A DNA stretch of 64,000 bases from Marsupella aquatica. Lineage: Eukaryota; Plantae; Marchantiophyta. Below the pieces are notes generated by a model. The model saw only the letters and a list, made by a program, of their open reading frames with translations. It did not search any database and was not told the DNA's origin. Positions 1 through 13,290 of the stretch are shown piece by piece. The translations under genes were made by a program, and so were the position numbers. Every line of letters starts with the position of its first letter. Position 1 is the stretch's first letter. Where the stretch lies: NCBI GenBank assembly GCA_973895155.1, contig OZ316896.1:8453539-8517538 (forward strand), given 5' to 3'.

Positions 1-2078
1 GAAAGGTTATAGGTGTGTAATTTTTTCTACTAGGTGCCACCACTTCTATAACCCTATGCCCAGAAAATTTTGTCTTATAGTCTTTTTTTCTGGGCAGGTA
101 TTACGTTTGATAATGACTGTTTGGACTGAGGTTGCTATCTGAAACTTGTTCCCAAAAACTTGTTCTCAAAAAGCTCAGAAAGATTTCCTAGCTTATCGTC
201 ATCAATATTTCTTCACTTTTTGCTCGGAGTCGCCGATCAACATTTCTTCACTTTCTGTTCACAGGGTTACAGACTAGTAACCCGAGACCAATCTGTCATT
301 ACCCTATACAAGAGTCTAGTCATGAGTGGAGAAGGGTGACAGAAAATATAACAAGAGAGACCCGCCTGGAAATAGTCATGCATAATGCGTCATAATGGCC
401 CACCATAATGGCCCACCAAGGATCCATTGGTAAACTTTCTGGAGAGGGTCAGTTGTTGCCTGCCATAAACAGGCCTGCAATGATCTGACGCATACATAGA
501 ATGGGAATTCAGGTGTTGAAACACAATTTGTTGTACAGCCAAGTTTCAATTGTTCCCGACACAGACAGGCTCAAATTGTGTCTCAGATGTGAAAATGGGA
601 ATGGTGCCTGAGACACAATTTATTGTACTGACCTTGCACATCCCAGAACTTTTACATTGTATCAATATCCCTCTCTTGCAGATCCCAGAAAATTATGACT
701 CGTAAATGCAACTTTATGAGATGTAATTAGAGTGGCAGATTTAATTTGCCCAAATGCTTGTTTAGTCAACTGTTGCCCTTAACATGTGCACTAGATGAGT
801 TGAGAGACGAATGAAGAAGGGTAAGAAGATAATGAGAAAGGCTTCTAATAATGAAAAAAAATTCTTCAGATGGAAAGAATTTTTATTGGGAATTCAACAA
901 CCAAACAGCAACAACGCAGAGGCCCCAACAGTAAGATGACGTAGCATTATATCACCTCATGTACATCTACAGTCTTCAGGGTAGCGTCTCAATAAGTGAT
1001 ATTGTGTAAGAAACCAGTCAAGTACAAGGAACCCATAAAATCTAATATAAGCTGCTGTTAAACTAACTTTTCAATAAGGGGGATTCTACATGAAATTTTA
1101 GTTTTCTGCCTAGTAGGGGTTATATTTTTTGCCTGGTAAGGTTTTCATTCTTTTATTATTGTTCGGAACTCTTGGGCTCTTTGGTTTTCTTGGAGTTTGG
1201 CCCTTGTCTTTGCCCTATTATTGGGTCTATGGCCTTTGGGATCCACTCACCTGGTTGGCGGTTTTTGTTCTTTGGCAATGATTGATATTCAAGTATACTT
1301 ATGGTTGCCATCAATATCTGATACACACCATCTGTTATACTAAGAGATATTGTTGTTTTTAGGCTGAGTTCCCAGCAGCACAGATAGCTCTGGATAAGCC
1401 TGAATGTATGTGGAACCCAAGAAAATCAATTCCATTTGCTAAACTTCCTATTCTTGAGGGAGAGGTGGGAGAGCACATTGCTCCTCTCTCTCAGGTTTGG
1501 TAGTGCCATGGACTTTATGTAAAAGTCACCCTAATTACACTACACAATACCAAAACTAGCTCCAGTACTAACAAGAAAGTGTCAAGACCCTTTCCCTAAT
1601 GTTGGACATTAATGAAATTCCAATACCTTTCAGTATCCCATAGATGAGAACCTCACCAAAAATCCCCCCAACTTTGATAGCTTATTGCTCTTTGTTATAG
1701 AGAAGGGGAACAGAGCCAAGCAAGCGTAGTGTGCACCTGGGTGTGTTTGACCAAGGTGTGCGACTGCAGGTGGTGGTGCTGCACAGTAGGGTCTGCCCAC
1801 ATCTGGGTAGTGAGCCCATGTGTGCATGCACAAGCTGTGCAGAGCTCTGGCCATGTTCGGCCACAGTAGCTGACCTGGCCTGTTCCTGTTGTTAGTGTGT
1901 CTGTTGATGTGTTTTTGGCACTTAGATGGCAGGAATTGCCACAACAACTCACTGGCCTCCATAGCCAGTACGTTCGCACACTATATTTGTGTGTACAAGC
2001 CTCAATACCCATTCTTTCAATGATAATGAAATGATAACAAAAACCATCATACATGTACCATCCTCCTTTCCATGCACG

Positions 2079-2194
2079 TAAATGTTATTGCAGTGCTAGT
2101 CACTGTGCTTCGCTCTAGAAGCATAAACCCCAAGCATAAATGTTATTGCAGTACTAGAGTCATTGTGCTTTGCTCTAGAAGCATAGACCCCAAG
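2079..2194. repeat. Tandem duplication, ~58-bp unit x2
   Basis: taaatgttattgcagt...ctctagaagcata(a/g)accccaag starts at 2079 and 2137. Confidence 0.9.
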
Positions 2195-4376
2195 TCTAGA
2201 TTGTCTTTGCACTTTATCAGTAAGATTTGGGTGGTCGGGGAGACAGTCCAGGTGGCCATCTACTTCACCCTCTGCCCACCCCCCCCATCTCCTCCACAGT
2301 GAAGTGCATTCAGTTGCTTTTGCAGTGCTTTCTTATCTTTGGGCCTGTCTTTGGGCAATTGTCTTGGCTGGCCCGTGGAGGGAGTAGAGTGCTGATATCA
2401 GGCCAACAAAAGGTAGAACCTAATTGACATCCCACAACAATTGCATCTAGCATGAGTGTCCATTGTAGGTCATCCTCTCGCTATTTTTCCTATATGTCGT
2501 GGTCTTCTTGTAAGTCATAGCAATCTATTACTTTCTACTAATCCTCTCCCACCAGAATATGATAGAGGCCTTTCCAAGCAAATTCAATCTTGCCCTCACC
2601 TACAGATCATGTAATATTCTTGAATGTTCTTAAATTTACACCAGGCCGGTTGTCTGGTGTCCTGGATTTGCAAACATCATCAATCTGTCCTGGTCCCTTC
2701 TTTGAGAAGGGCACCTGAGCACTTGGGTACCAGCATAAGCGTGACTTTGTTGATACCTGGAGAAGGAGGTGAGAAAAGCAGCAGCCATCTGAAATTTGAA
2801 GTCCTGACCTTTCTGGGATGCAATATACCCCCATGTTTGTGGAACAAACCAAGGAATATGGATTCAAGTGTGAAATACGCAATGTTACCGCTGCTGTAAT
2901 TAAAGAGTCTCCTTTGTGTGCTTAACACGTAGTTCTCATAAGGGACAGTGTCAGGCCACGATACAACCCCATTTGCTCCTACACCTCTCCAATGCTGTTT
3001 GATCAACATTCATAGTTATGCCTATACTAAACCGTTAGATTAGATCTATGGCTCAAAATGTAGATCTTGAAGAGATCTCCAACTGGAAAAAAGATGACAG
3101 AAAAAAAATCAATGTAATCTCATTGGTTGGGACGTTTTTTGAAATTTGTCAAGCAGCTTTGGGAAGGTCACAGGTAGGTCAAGGGAAATATGAAGGACAG
3201 GCCTTGGGCAAATACACAGATCATTAGAAACCATGCATCAAACAGTGCCAACATCAAAAGTTATCCTTATGGTTGGACCATTCTAATATGATGGTGAGGT
3301 GTTGAGTTCAAATCTGGCATGAAAATTTTGAAATTTAAAATACTTTGTAGCTCATAGGCCCCATATAACTAATCCTAAAAGTTTTCTGATTGTACATACT
3401 TAGTGGGCCTTGCAAATACACTATGTTCATCCAATGGGTCCAACAGCTTACAATGATGAGACTCATGTATACTCGCTAGTGGAACTTGGAGCTAGTAAAT
3501 CCATGGTTCCATATGGTAGACGGGTAGTGCCCCTCGAGTGCATCCAATTAAAAGGAAAACGCAATATAATTGTTCATGCTGGCTTGTGATAAGAAGATTG
3601 AGTATTGTACCATCTTTGTAATGCATGGTGGATGAACTACCCATGTCTCTTGTTTTCCGCTGAACATGTCACTAACCAACAGAACCCATTTTGCAGACTA
3701 CAATGGGGCAAAGTTCCTATCTCTTAACTTACTTCAAACAGACTGTTGAGCAGACAAACAGACCAGAGTGAAAACAAATTCATTACACAAAATCACTAGA
3801 GGCACATAGGGATCACGCATGCATCTCAGAAAGACAATGGACGCAATAGGTGCCAAGCTTTCTAGGGTTTTAGTTCATAACAAGCAAAGAACCATACAAA
3901 TCCAATAAAACATATACACAAACGACTCCATTGAATGTTGTATTTAGATTTGCATTTATCTTTGGTAATTTCATACTGTAAAAGTTCTCCATCGATCTAC
4001 ACAACCTCTTGCAGCAATCAATCCCTCTACTAGGCTTGTAAAGTTGAAAGAGACTCCCGTTGAGCCAAACAAGGAAACCCTCCACTCTAAACCTACCTAC
4101 ATTTTTCCTACCAAGGAGAAAACTTTCTGTGCACGTCAACCTAAAAAATGGACTGAACATTTTTCGGATGGTATTGACTGAAAATTGCACCAAAAATGTT
4201 GACTATTCCTCTAGCTGTGCATCATTCCTTTGAGCAAATTTGGGTGTAGAGACTCTGCTCCCTCTTTGCTTGAAGACTTTGTCAAGATCTTCTTCTTTGA
4301 ATTTTGTTATTGCTTTCTCCCTGGTCTCCTTCAGCCTTTTCTTAGTAACTCTTTGAATGCTTATAGGAGGTATGCA

Positions 4377-4657
4377 CTAGGGGGGTTAATTAAGTGTATC
4401 TTTTAGTGTACCATGTGCGATCCTAGCCTTATATAAATAGATTTATTTTATAAAAAAAAAAATCCAAGAATATTCTTCATTTTCAAATAATATATTTTAC
4501 TTTATAAAAAGTATATTAGAGAATATTTTATAAACATGAGTTTATAATACCTTTTTTTTTATTTCCTACAGTTTAAAAAAAATAGTTAATTTCTATCAGA
4601 AATACATATTTTGGATCGCACATAGTTCCTAATAATTTTGATAGTCAACACCCCGAG
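4377..4657. mobile_element. AT-rich MITE with degenerate CTCGGGG-type termini
   Basis: Left ctagggggggttaatta vs reverse complement of right end ctcggggtgttgacta. Internal inverted atgtgcgatcc / ggatcgcacat. Flanks ggtatgca / ggttgtca (5/8) may be an eroded 8-bp TSD. Confidence 0.6.
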
Positions 4658-6204
4658 GGTTGTCAATTTCCAGGGCCTTTACACCTTTTATAAAGCTTGG
4701 AAGTGTGTCTATATACGCTTGTAGCCACTTTTGGTCTGCTTTAGGTGAAGAGAAGAAGGAAAGTCTCTTCTGCACCCTTCTTGAACATGAACATTTGCCA
4801 GAACTACAACCAATTTATTTAGTCCATTACAGTCCATCTGTTTGCCTTTCCAACAATATAATGTGGGAGTACTCATCCTTGTGGTCTTCACAATTCTTTC
4901 TTGTCTTTGGGCAATCATCTTGGCGGGCCTGTGGAGGGAGTAGTTTGGGTTTAGGGTGGTGTCTTCTCCAGTTTGGAAGTCCTTATGCCCCTGTTTCAAT
5001 TTCAAATCCTCACTGGCTTCTTTCAACAAACTGTCAGTTGCTCTCCCAGTTGCTCTACCAGAGAAGGCTCACACATCCCTTATTATTGTTTGTCAGACCA
5101 AGGAGATTGGATTTAGGATTTCTAGTCAAATTTCTCTTTGTGACCCTGCTAAGTCATTTATTCTAGAACTATACTAATATTTTCTCTTCATTGCTTGGTA
5201 GGCTTTGGTTCATTTGTCCCACACTCTCAGGCTTGTTGGCTTTGGGGCTATTGGGCTCGTTGGTCTTCCTGGGGTTTCCTTTGGTTTCATGGCTCCATTG
5301 CATTTCTTGCCTTTGGGTTCCTGTCTCCACTGATCTGGAGCCTTTTGCTAGTTTGCACTTTTTTGTATATCTTCATTCAACAAGTAAACCCTAGACCCCT
5401 CTCTTTGATCGGGGTTTATTTAGGGTTTAATTGTTGAACACAAATATACAAAACCTCAAGTTATATCTCTACCCGAAACCCACCCCTCTATTAGACGAGA
5501 TGACTCTCGTACTGAACTTTGAGCAAGTCACGGCACCCCATCCATTCAAAAAATTCCATTCCAAGTGCTATTGCAAAAGCTCAAAAACAGAACTCCAGGT
5601 ACTTCGTGGGCACAACTGATGACTTCTTGGATAGAAGCAACAATTGGACATCCCTACCCATTGACTGATGCCAACTAACTGGAGGGCAGCCAAGCCTTGT
5701 AGGGGCGGATATAGAATATAACCCAGTACACGGAAAGTATGTCTCCATAGATTCGAACCATGGACTCTGATGTGGTTCAATTCCGGCAGCTAGGGTTGCA
5801 AGATTGTGGTGAGGGAAGCTGTGGTTTTATCATGGATGAATGACGAGGTTCTGGTCGTCCATGCCCCCTACTGCTTCGCGACACTAGTTGCTTTCACCAA
5901 CTACGATTCATTGGCCCCAAGAATGTCCCTATCGACGGCTACGCTTTCAATATGCTACATTTCGTATGTCAGCAAACGTCCATTCTTTACGAGCACACAG
6001 AATGTCCTTATCCAAGAACCCCACTTACGTAGATCAATCACTTCAGCGGGGCAAACTAAATTATTCCCAGCTCTATAAGCAGCGCTGTTGTTCTTGAATG
6101 AACATGGTCAAGCAGTTTCATGAGGCCACAATCATCGAGAGAAAAGCGGGACATGCCTTCTGAAATCTAGGTTCGGTTCGGACTACATTGTATCATGTTC
6201 TTGT

Positions 6205-8588
6205 TTAATTTACAACTGCAGGAGACAGAAATTTTCTGTGCTTGGCTTTGTGGGACCTGTCTACTCTGATTTCAGAAGATTTATTTTTCTTTTGTTTCGT
6301 AGAGGGCAGTTGCTTCCGCTCCGACCCGTTTTTTGATGAAGTGCGTAAAGCTGCAGCTTGAGAAGATGTCTTGTTCCTGGTCTCCAAACCCTTGCCTTTG
6401 AGCTGCTGCTTGGCAGTTCGCTGTGAGACTGGCAGGACAACTTTGGCATGTTTCTCGTCCTTCGCAGCTAAAAGGGACTGAAAAAGATAACAGCACTGGG
6501 AGCTCAGTCTCCTACAATTTTGCTGCAGTGAAACATGTATACAGATGTCTGCAGTACCAATAGGTAAGTATCGTTCCAAAACTTACCTTTCGTTTCATCC
6601 TTTTCCGTTGGCGTTGGCGTCCAGAATCACGCTTCCTCTTCACAGTCTTTACTTCCTGTAGCGTACAGGAAGACAATTATTCTCTCCGGAAACACGCTTT
6701 CTCCTCTAGGAATGTTAATTGTTGGAGCATTTACTCTCTTACACAGGAGTCCCATCTAAGTAGCAGCAAGATATGTACCTTCAGCCTGAAAGAAGATAGG
6801 ATGAATCGTCCAAAAAATGCAGGGACAATGGAAGAAACAATGAGCAGAGAATTTTCGATGGTCTACCTGGGCCGTAGTAATTGTGCGGGCTAGTCTTTCA
6901 GTATGGGTTTCACCCTCCTCCTCCTCTTCCCCGCCACTGTCGAGTTGGACTTTGAGCTTTCCTTCTGCCAGCTGCTTTAAAGATCGAGCATGACCCTGCC
7001 AACACCCCCAAATATTCTCTTAGTTTTCTAGAAAAAGAGTCAACCGTCCACAATCAGGTGAAAGCCGTAAAAAAGATTGTCTAACCGATAAGTCCCCACT
7101 CATTACTCTTCTGAAGGAATTAGAATCTGAAGAAATTCAGGTATGAACAACCAACTGTCAACAGTGACTTGGAAGTGGTTTACGCAACATTGTCAGCTTA
7201 GAAACCTGCAACAAATGTATAGCACTTCCAACTGAGAAAAACTTGCCGTCTAAGGTTCCATCCCTCTTGACCCATTGGGTTTCTGATAAATGACATTTCC
7301 GTTCCAAAGACTGTTAATATGGTATTTCCAAACATTATTGAATGGACTGCGCATCTATGACCTGGTCACAGGGTTGGTCTCGTAGAGGAGAAGTGAGGAA
7401 CATAAGTTAGTTGTGGTGACACCATGATTTGATTTTACAGACAACATTGAGGAAAGCAAACATTAAACCATGTGACCAAAAATACTCCAACAGAAAACTG
7501 TCGGGCTAACCATAACAAATCAATCAGGATTTCTTACCTTGGAGGCCAGATGTGCTTCCATCGACTGTTCCGAGAGGCAGACAACTTTGGGACAAACTCT
7601 ACATTTGAGAACTTTGTTGCTTTCACCGACGCATAGCACGCTCGAGCCTTCAAATTTCTGTAGGACTCTTTCCCTTTCATCGTCATCAACAGCCTCCGCC
7701 CACTGGTTCGACAAGTTTGTTTTCCTCTGGCTCTGCCGAGGCTCGATATCACTGGTTTCTCCATCGTCGGCGTCCGAACCCTCGGCAACACCTTCAGACT
7801 CATCGTCTGAAGAAGCCACATCTCTTTGAACTGCGAAATGGAACGAAGAGGATCATATGACTGCAAACACATGTTGCACTGAACCAACTAAGACAAGAAG
7901 ATCTCAAAAGGAGAGTCAGAACCGGCCACAACTGAAACGTAGATTTGGCCAATCCTATCAACTTACTGCACCGCTACTTCAAAGCCAGAGTACGTGGACA
8001 GGGAACAGCACCGGTGTTGGTTAACTAACAATGCAAGAGTGTTTTACCACATCAAGCTCAGGGCAGGCAGGATCTAGGCAATTTGCTAAGGCCTGGCCGA
8101 AGCTAGCTTGTCACCTGAAGTAGCACCCTCCGCTTCGACTACCTCCTCTTCTGAAGTCGCATCACTTTCATGGCTGGATGCTGCCACACAACGAACTCAA
8201 CGAATAAGATATGCGATCATTCCAGCCTAAACCCTAACCCCTAAAGCCTAAACCCTCACCCTCACCCTCATTCCTAAAATCTCTCAGTAGAGCACACAAG
8301 AACGTGAAATGGCAAATCACTGGCCTGCCGGAAGGTGGAGGGATCACCGTATCTCAACACAATCTATCATCCGTCTTGCACTTCCACAAGAAAACGCTAC
8401 AATCGCAAAACTTCAACCGAGTTCAGAGATGAGGAGAGAAAAAAAACCGTACCAGGCCAGGCGCCGTCGTCTTCCACATCCGGGCCGCTTTCCACATCCG
8501 ACGCGGTGTCGAGAGACGACGAGGAGGAAGACGAGGCCGAGTCGCCGCGGTTGGAGTGTTCAAGAGCATAGAATTGCCGTTTAAACAT
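6205..8588 (-). CDS. Conserved plant protein (~321 aa): acidic N-terminal region, C2H2-type zinc finger, basic C-terminus; 6 exons
   Basis: Exons 8588-8453, 8180-8115, 7830-7538, 6995-6867, 6655-6587, 6477-6205, all GT-AG, total 966 nt in one frame. N-terminus MFKRQFYALEH. Finger CRVCPKVVCLSEQSMEAHLASK|GHARS is completed across intron 3. Downstream motifs EGETHTERLAR and KRDSGRQRQRKRMKRK. Confidence 0.9.
8226..8279. promoter_or_regulatory. Telo-box-like (telomere-like) cluster in intron 1 of the zinc-finger gene
   Basis: cctaaaccctaacccctaaagcctaaaccctcaccctcaccctcattcctaaa contains the telo-box core AAACCCTA plus degenerate copies. Confidence 0.55.
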
Positions 8589-9240
8589 CGCAAGGTGAAG
8601 AAGAAAAGCAAGAAATCAAGCTCAAACAAGAAAATCCTTGCGGGCAATATGGTGATGCGAAAATGCTTCCACCATAGGAATTCCTCGTGACAAGCAACAA
8701 TTCCCACTCTGCTGCTCAAGCTTATTCAACCTATGATGGATACTTGAAGATTGTCCAATTGAAGAATCACAATTGAAATGTGGTGAGGCTATGAAGATGA
8801 TGAATGACATTCGCGTCCACTCGGAATCGAAGGAATGGCGCAGAGGCTCGCACAACTCGCATGGACCTCAGTGAAACCCTGGTTTTGGTCAGATGATACG
8901 TATTGTACAGGTGAAATGTCACACGACAATAAGACAAATACCAACTACTAGTCATTTGGGACAGAAACCCACTTTTATGGCCTTCTAGGCAGTACCTCTG
9001 CCTGGTCCCCATAACTGCACATAAAAAATATGACATATATGGTTACTGGACATCAAATTAGGATATGTATGGTCCCATATCAGTGGATACCATGATAAAT
9101 CTAGTTAGTTTCTTTAAATCAATGAGTGCGCACTTTATATTATCACATTTTGATGTGTGATTACTGGCATGCAGAGCACTTAAACTTTGAAAAACAGGGA
9201 ATGGGGACAAATCATTAGTGAACTAGTTCAATACCTATGC

Positions 9241-10335
9241 GTTGCACAAAAGATGTCGTTAAGGAAAAAAAGATGTTGTGTCACCCAAGATGTCGTTAAG
9301 ACAAAAAGATATTGTGTCGCCCAAGATGTCATTAAGAAAAAAATATGCACTGTCGCCCAAGATGTCGTTAAGATTTTGTGTTGCCCAAGATGCCATTAAG
9401 GCAAAAAGCTGTGGTGTCGCCCAAGGTGTCGTTAAGAAAAAAGATGTCGTGTCACCCAAGATGTCATTGAGAAAGCAAATGTCGTGTCGCCGAAGATGTC
9501 CTGAAGAAAACTAATGTCGTGTCGCCCAAGGTGTCATTAACAAAAAAGATGTCATGTCACCCAAGATGTACTTAAGAAAAAAGATGTTGTGTCACCCAAG
9601 ATGTCGTTAATAAAAAAGATGTTGTGGCACCCAAGATGTTGTTAAGAAGAGAAAAAAGTTGCACAAAAGATGGTGTGGTGAGAAAAAGATGTCAAGGGAG
9701 AGGAAAGATGTAGAGGTGAGAAAAAGATGTCGAGGCGAGGAGAAGATGTCAAGGTGAACAAAGATGTTGATGAGAAAAAGAGATGTCAAGCTGAGAAAAA
9801 GAAGTCAAGCAAAAAATATGTCAAGGAGAGAAAAGATGGCAATGTGAGAAAAATATGTGATGTTGTGATGAGATAAAAATGTGAAAGTGAGGAAAAGGTC
9901 AGATGTCGAGGTGAAAACAAATGTCAATTCAATGAGAAAAAGAGATGTTGAGGTGAGGCCAAGAAGTCAAGGTGAAAAAAACTAGATGTCAAGGAGAGAA
10001 AACATGGCGAGGTGAGAAAAAGATATAAAGATGAGGAAAAAATGTTGAGGAGAGAAAAGATGTTGAGGGTGAGGGAAAGATGTTGTGGTGAGAGAAAGAT
10101 GGTAAGGTAAGAAAAAGATAAGATGTTGATGTGAGAAAAGATGTGGAGGTGAGAAAATATGTTGAGTCAAATGATAAAATATATGGAGGAGAGAAACAAA
10201 AATCAAAGATGTCGAGTCAGATGAGAAAATATATGAAGGAAGGAAACAAAATCAAGGACCTAAAAGATGTCGAGGGTGAGAAAAAAATTCTTGGTGAGAT
10301 AAAGATGTAAATGTGAGGCGAGATGAGAGATGTCA
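9241..10335. repeat. Two-part minisatellite built on an AAGATGTC core
   Basis: 9250-9650: ~35-bp unit aagatgtcgtgtcgcccaagatgtcgttaagaaaaa. 9665-10335: more degenerate ~19-bp unit aaagatgtcgaggtgagaa. Both sub-arrays start after gttgcacaaaagatg (9241, ~9658). Confidence 0.9.
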
Positions 10336-10742
10336 AGGCAAGGTAGAGTTGTTGTGGTGGTGTTTAACAACTCATGCATTTGCACATAGAAATTGGAGAC
10401 GCGAGATAATGGTCACTATAGCATACAGTCCAAGCACAACCGAATGATACAAAAAATTTGTTTTTAATTTTTTTTAGAGAAATTAATATTGTATACATTT
10501 TATTTATACTCAAGTTTTACCAAAACTTTAAGGCTAATATCCAATTCTTTAAAACTCAATTTTAATAATTAGTTTTTAATTAATATTCAATAAATTTGTT
10601 ATCTTTATCAAGTTTGGGGTTAGGCTAGGGGTAGCTTGGGTAGCTTGGGCAGAGGTAATTGAGATTAATAGGGGTATGATGGATCCGGTTGTTGCAGAAA
10701 ACAATCTTTCAACTAAGGGCTAAGATTTGTTCCCATTTTTTT

Positions 10743-12268
10743 GAGATATATACTTAGTGGACCTCCAAATGCAACTCTTTCTCTTAATGGACCAAAAGTT
10801 GCACACGCCCTCCCAATGGACCCCAACGTTTAGATTCTCTCCCAATGGACCCCTGGGCCCACTCCGTACAAGCATGTTCTTCTGAAACACCTTACCACAC
10901 AGTTCAGGTCCACTACGTACCCTGTGGACATCGTGGTTGGTCATGTGTAGTAGGCCATCGATAATGTCGCAGTCCACAAGCGTTGTAGCCCTGGCCGCAA
11001 TCGAGCTCTGCAACATCATGACTTCCTAGTTTTTGTGAATACAATATGGCTATTGTATTCAAACTACAATAGCCGCAATCTAGAACAATACAACATGGTC
11101 AATGTATTCACGTACTCTACGCATGCAATGACACGTATGTTGCGATTCTAGGTGGCGTCTACTTTGGATACATAGTGGACATTGTATTCAAAGATCGCAC
11201 TTAAACAAAGTCAGGACTCCCCTACCTTACATACAGGCAGCAAGGCTTGCTATAATGAACAGGACCAAAACCTGTTCAACATAGAACAATATATTTGTGT
11301 CTTGCATACAATATGCATGTTGTATGCACATTTCCCCCCGACTTTACGACGAAGACACCCCCCTGTTGAAGCCTTCCCAAAATTAATGGACAAAACTTAT
11401 CGTATTACAACACAAAAATATGATTTGTCATGTATACACTTTGCATGTTGTATTCAGATTTTCACACTTAGGAAAAAATTTGTCCCTCCGACTTTACGAA
11501 GACGCCCCCCACCAAAGCCTGCTCAAATGGACAAAACCTATTGTATTTCAACATAGAAATATGATTTGTCATCTATACACTTTGCACGCTGTATTTAGAT
11601 TTCACACTTAGAAAAAAACTTTGTCCCTCTGACTTTACGAAGACGCCCCCCTCTGAAGCCTGCCCAAATGGACAAAACCTATTGTATTACAACACACATA
11701 TATGATTTTTCATGTATACACTTTGCACATTGCATTTGGATTTCACAATTAGAATTCTATTTTGTCCCTCGGACTTTACGTACGAAGACGCCCCCCACCA
11801 AAGCCTGCCCAAATAATCAAAACCTTTTGTATTACAACACAGAGATATGATTTGTCATGTATACACTTCAAAAGTTGTATTCAGATTTCACACTTAGAAA
11901 AAAAATTTGTCCCTCCAACTTTACAAAACGCCCTCCCCCCCCTTCCGCCCCCCCCCCCCCCGCCAAAGTGACAGTTCATGTTTGTATGCATTGTGGCCAA
12001 TGTATACATTGTGGGATACATTGATTCACTCGGAACTGCAATCGTAGTCGACCGCGTTCGGCGATGCGGTCGGACACTGAAGAACATTAGAACATGCTGC
12101 GTTTTACAGTGACAATCTCGCGCTATAAGAACTGCACAATGTGTTAGAAGAACATCTCACACGAAATGGCACCTCTGGTGGGCCCGGAGGTCCATTGGGA
12201 GGGCGTGTGCAACTTTTGGTCCATTAAGAGAAAAAGTTGCATTTGGAGGTCCACTAAGTATATCTCTC
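10743..12268. mobile_element. Non-autonomous Mutator-like element (MULE), 1526 bp
   Basis: Long near-perfect TIRs starting GAGA (gaga(t/g)atatacttagtggacctccaaatgcaact...gttgcacacgccctcccaatggacc). Identical 9-bp TSD cattttttt at 10734-10742 and 12269-12277. No transposase ORF inside. Confidence 0.93.
11260..11965. repeat. ~141-bp tandem array (~5 copies) inside the MULE
   Basis: Unit atggacaaaacctattgtattacaacac...gactttacgaagacgcccccc...aagcctgcccaa starts at 11386, 11527, 11668 and ~11812, with a degenerate copy from ~11260. Confidence 0.92.
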
Positions 12269-13073
12269 CATTTTTTTTTTAGTTTGTAAATGTACCCTTC
12301 TAGAGTAAATGGTATTATAGTGACTTACAGTGCACTCAATATCGTTTTCTTGTGTATCTATGGTGGTAGAGTCAGGTTTCTCCTTGATACTCGTGCATGC
12401 AATTGAGTTAGTTTCATTTTTGTCTTTTGTCTCCATCATTTGATTCCCTTTTGTGTGAAAAAAATTACTGTACTTTTGGTCCACTCTATATTTAATTCGT
12501 TTTTGGTTTTATCCCTTGTGTCTCTTGATTCCTTTTTGTTGGCACTGCATTTTTGAATGAGGACCACCAGAAAAAAAGGCGCAAAAGTGTATTATAGTTT
12601 AGGATGGCAATAATTAATCCGTGGACCCCCATGTTACTTTAGAGGCACCATGTTACTTTAGAGACAGTTATATATCTAGAAACTGAAGCCTAGATGGACC
12701 TCCAAATCTAAAGGAATAAAAACTCAAAAATGGACAAGTCAAACAAACACTTGAAATAGTTGTCAAACTTACCATGGCAACCATAATTAACATCGATCGC
12801 AAAACCAGTTGCAATGTGAACTACTGTTTAATGGGTGGGTAGCTTAATTGCCCACTTCAGCAAATTTGTGCTCGACGGTTTCCTCCACGGTACCGAAGGG
12901 ATGCTAGATATATGCATTCAAGTTGCATTGAAAGTAATCACTTTTCAATTCCTACACTAGAGAGACGACGAGAGAGAATTCATCGGTGTCATCAAATCAC
13001 TAACTTTGCATAATCGTTTAAGACAAAAACTTTCATGGGAACAAATTTCCAATTGTGGAATTCAAAATCGACC

Positions 13074-13290
13074 GAAAGCTAGAGAAATTTAGAAATTCAT
13101 GATCACTTTAGTACTTGATAAAATCTCCCAATGTTATACTCATTGGAAAGCTAGAGAACTTTGGAAACTTATAATCTCTTCATAACTCAACTAAATCTAT
13201 CAATGTTAAGTTCATTAAAAAGCTAAAGAAATTCTAAAATTCATAATCTCTTTAGTATTGGATAAAATCTGTCAATAGTAGGTTCATTCT
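13074..13290. repeat. Degenerate ~72-bp tandem repeat x3
   Basis: aaagctagagaa...aattcataatctctt...aaatct..caatgtta..ttcatt repeated three times. Confidence 0.75.

Larger units (their letters stand above)
1630..5400 (-). mobile_element. Heavily decayed transposase-like remnant, possibly KDZ/CxC (Kyakuja-Dileera-Zisupton) type
   Basis: Stop- and frameshift-ridden, Cys-rich minus-strand peptides in plausible order: GLQISDGCCFSHLLLQ (~2760-2800), FAWKGLYHILV..WTLMLDAIVVGCQ (~2425-2585), KGGWYMYDGFCYHFIIIER (~2010-2068). Only loosely like KDZ motifs as I recall them; boundaries approximate. Confidence 0.3.

Noticed and set aside
576-621. 14-bp inverted repeat aaattgtgtctcag / ctgagacacaattt
   Set aside because: Short and embedded in repeat-like sequence; no TSD or other support for function.
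3290-3320. Isolated B-box-like gagttcaaatc (similar motifs near 5745-5790)
   Set aside because: No convincing A-box, cloverleaf or TSD; insufficient to call a tRNA or SINE.
9187-10206. Short ORFs and possible CRISPR-like periodicity
   Set aside because: Translations of a minisatellite; there are no unique spacers and the context is eukaryotic.
11182-11971. Several similar ORFs (MDKTYCIT...) suggesting a peptide gene cluster
   Set aside because: Products of the 141-bp tandem unit inside a non-autonomous MULE, with inconsistent frames and stops.
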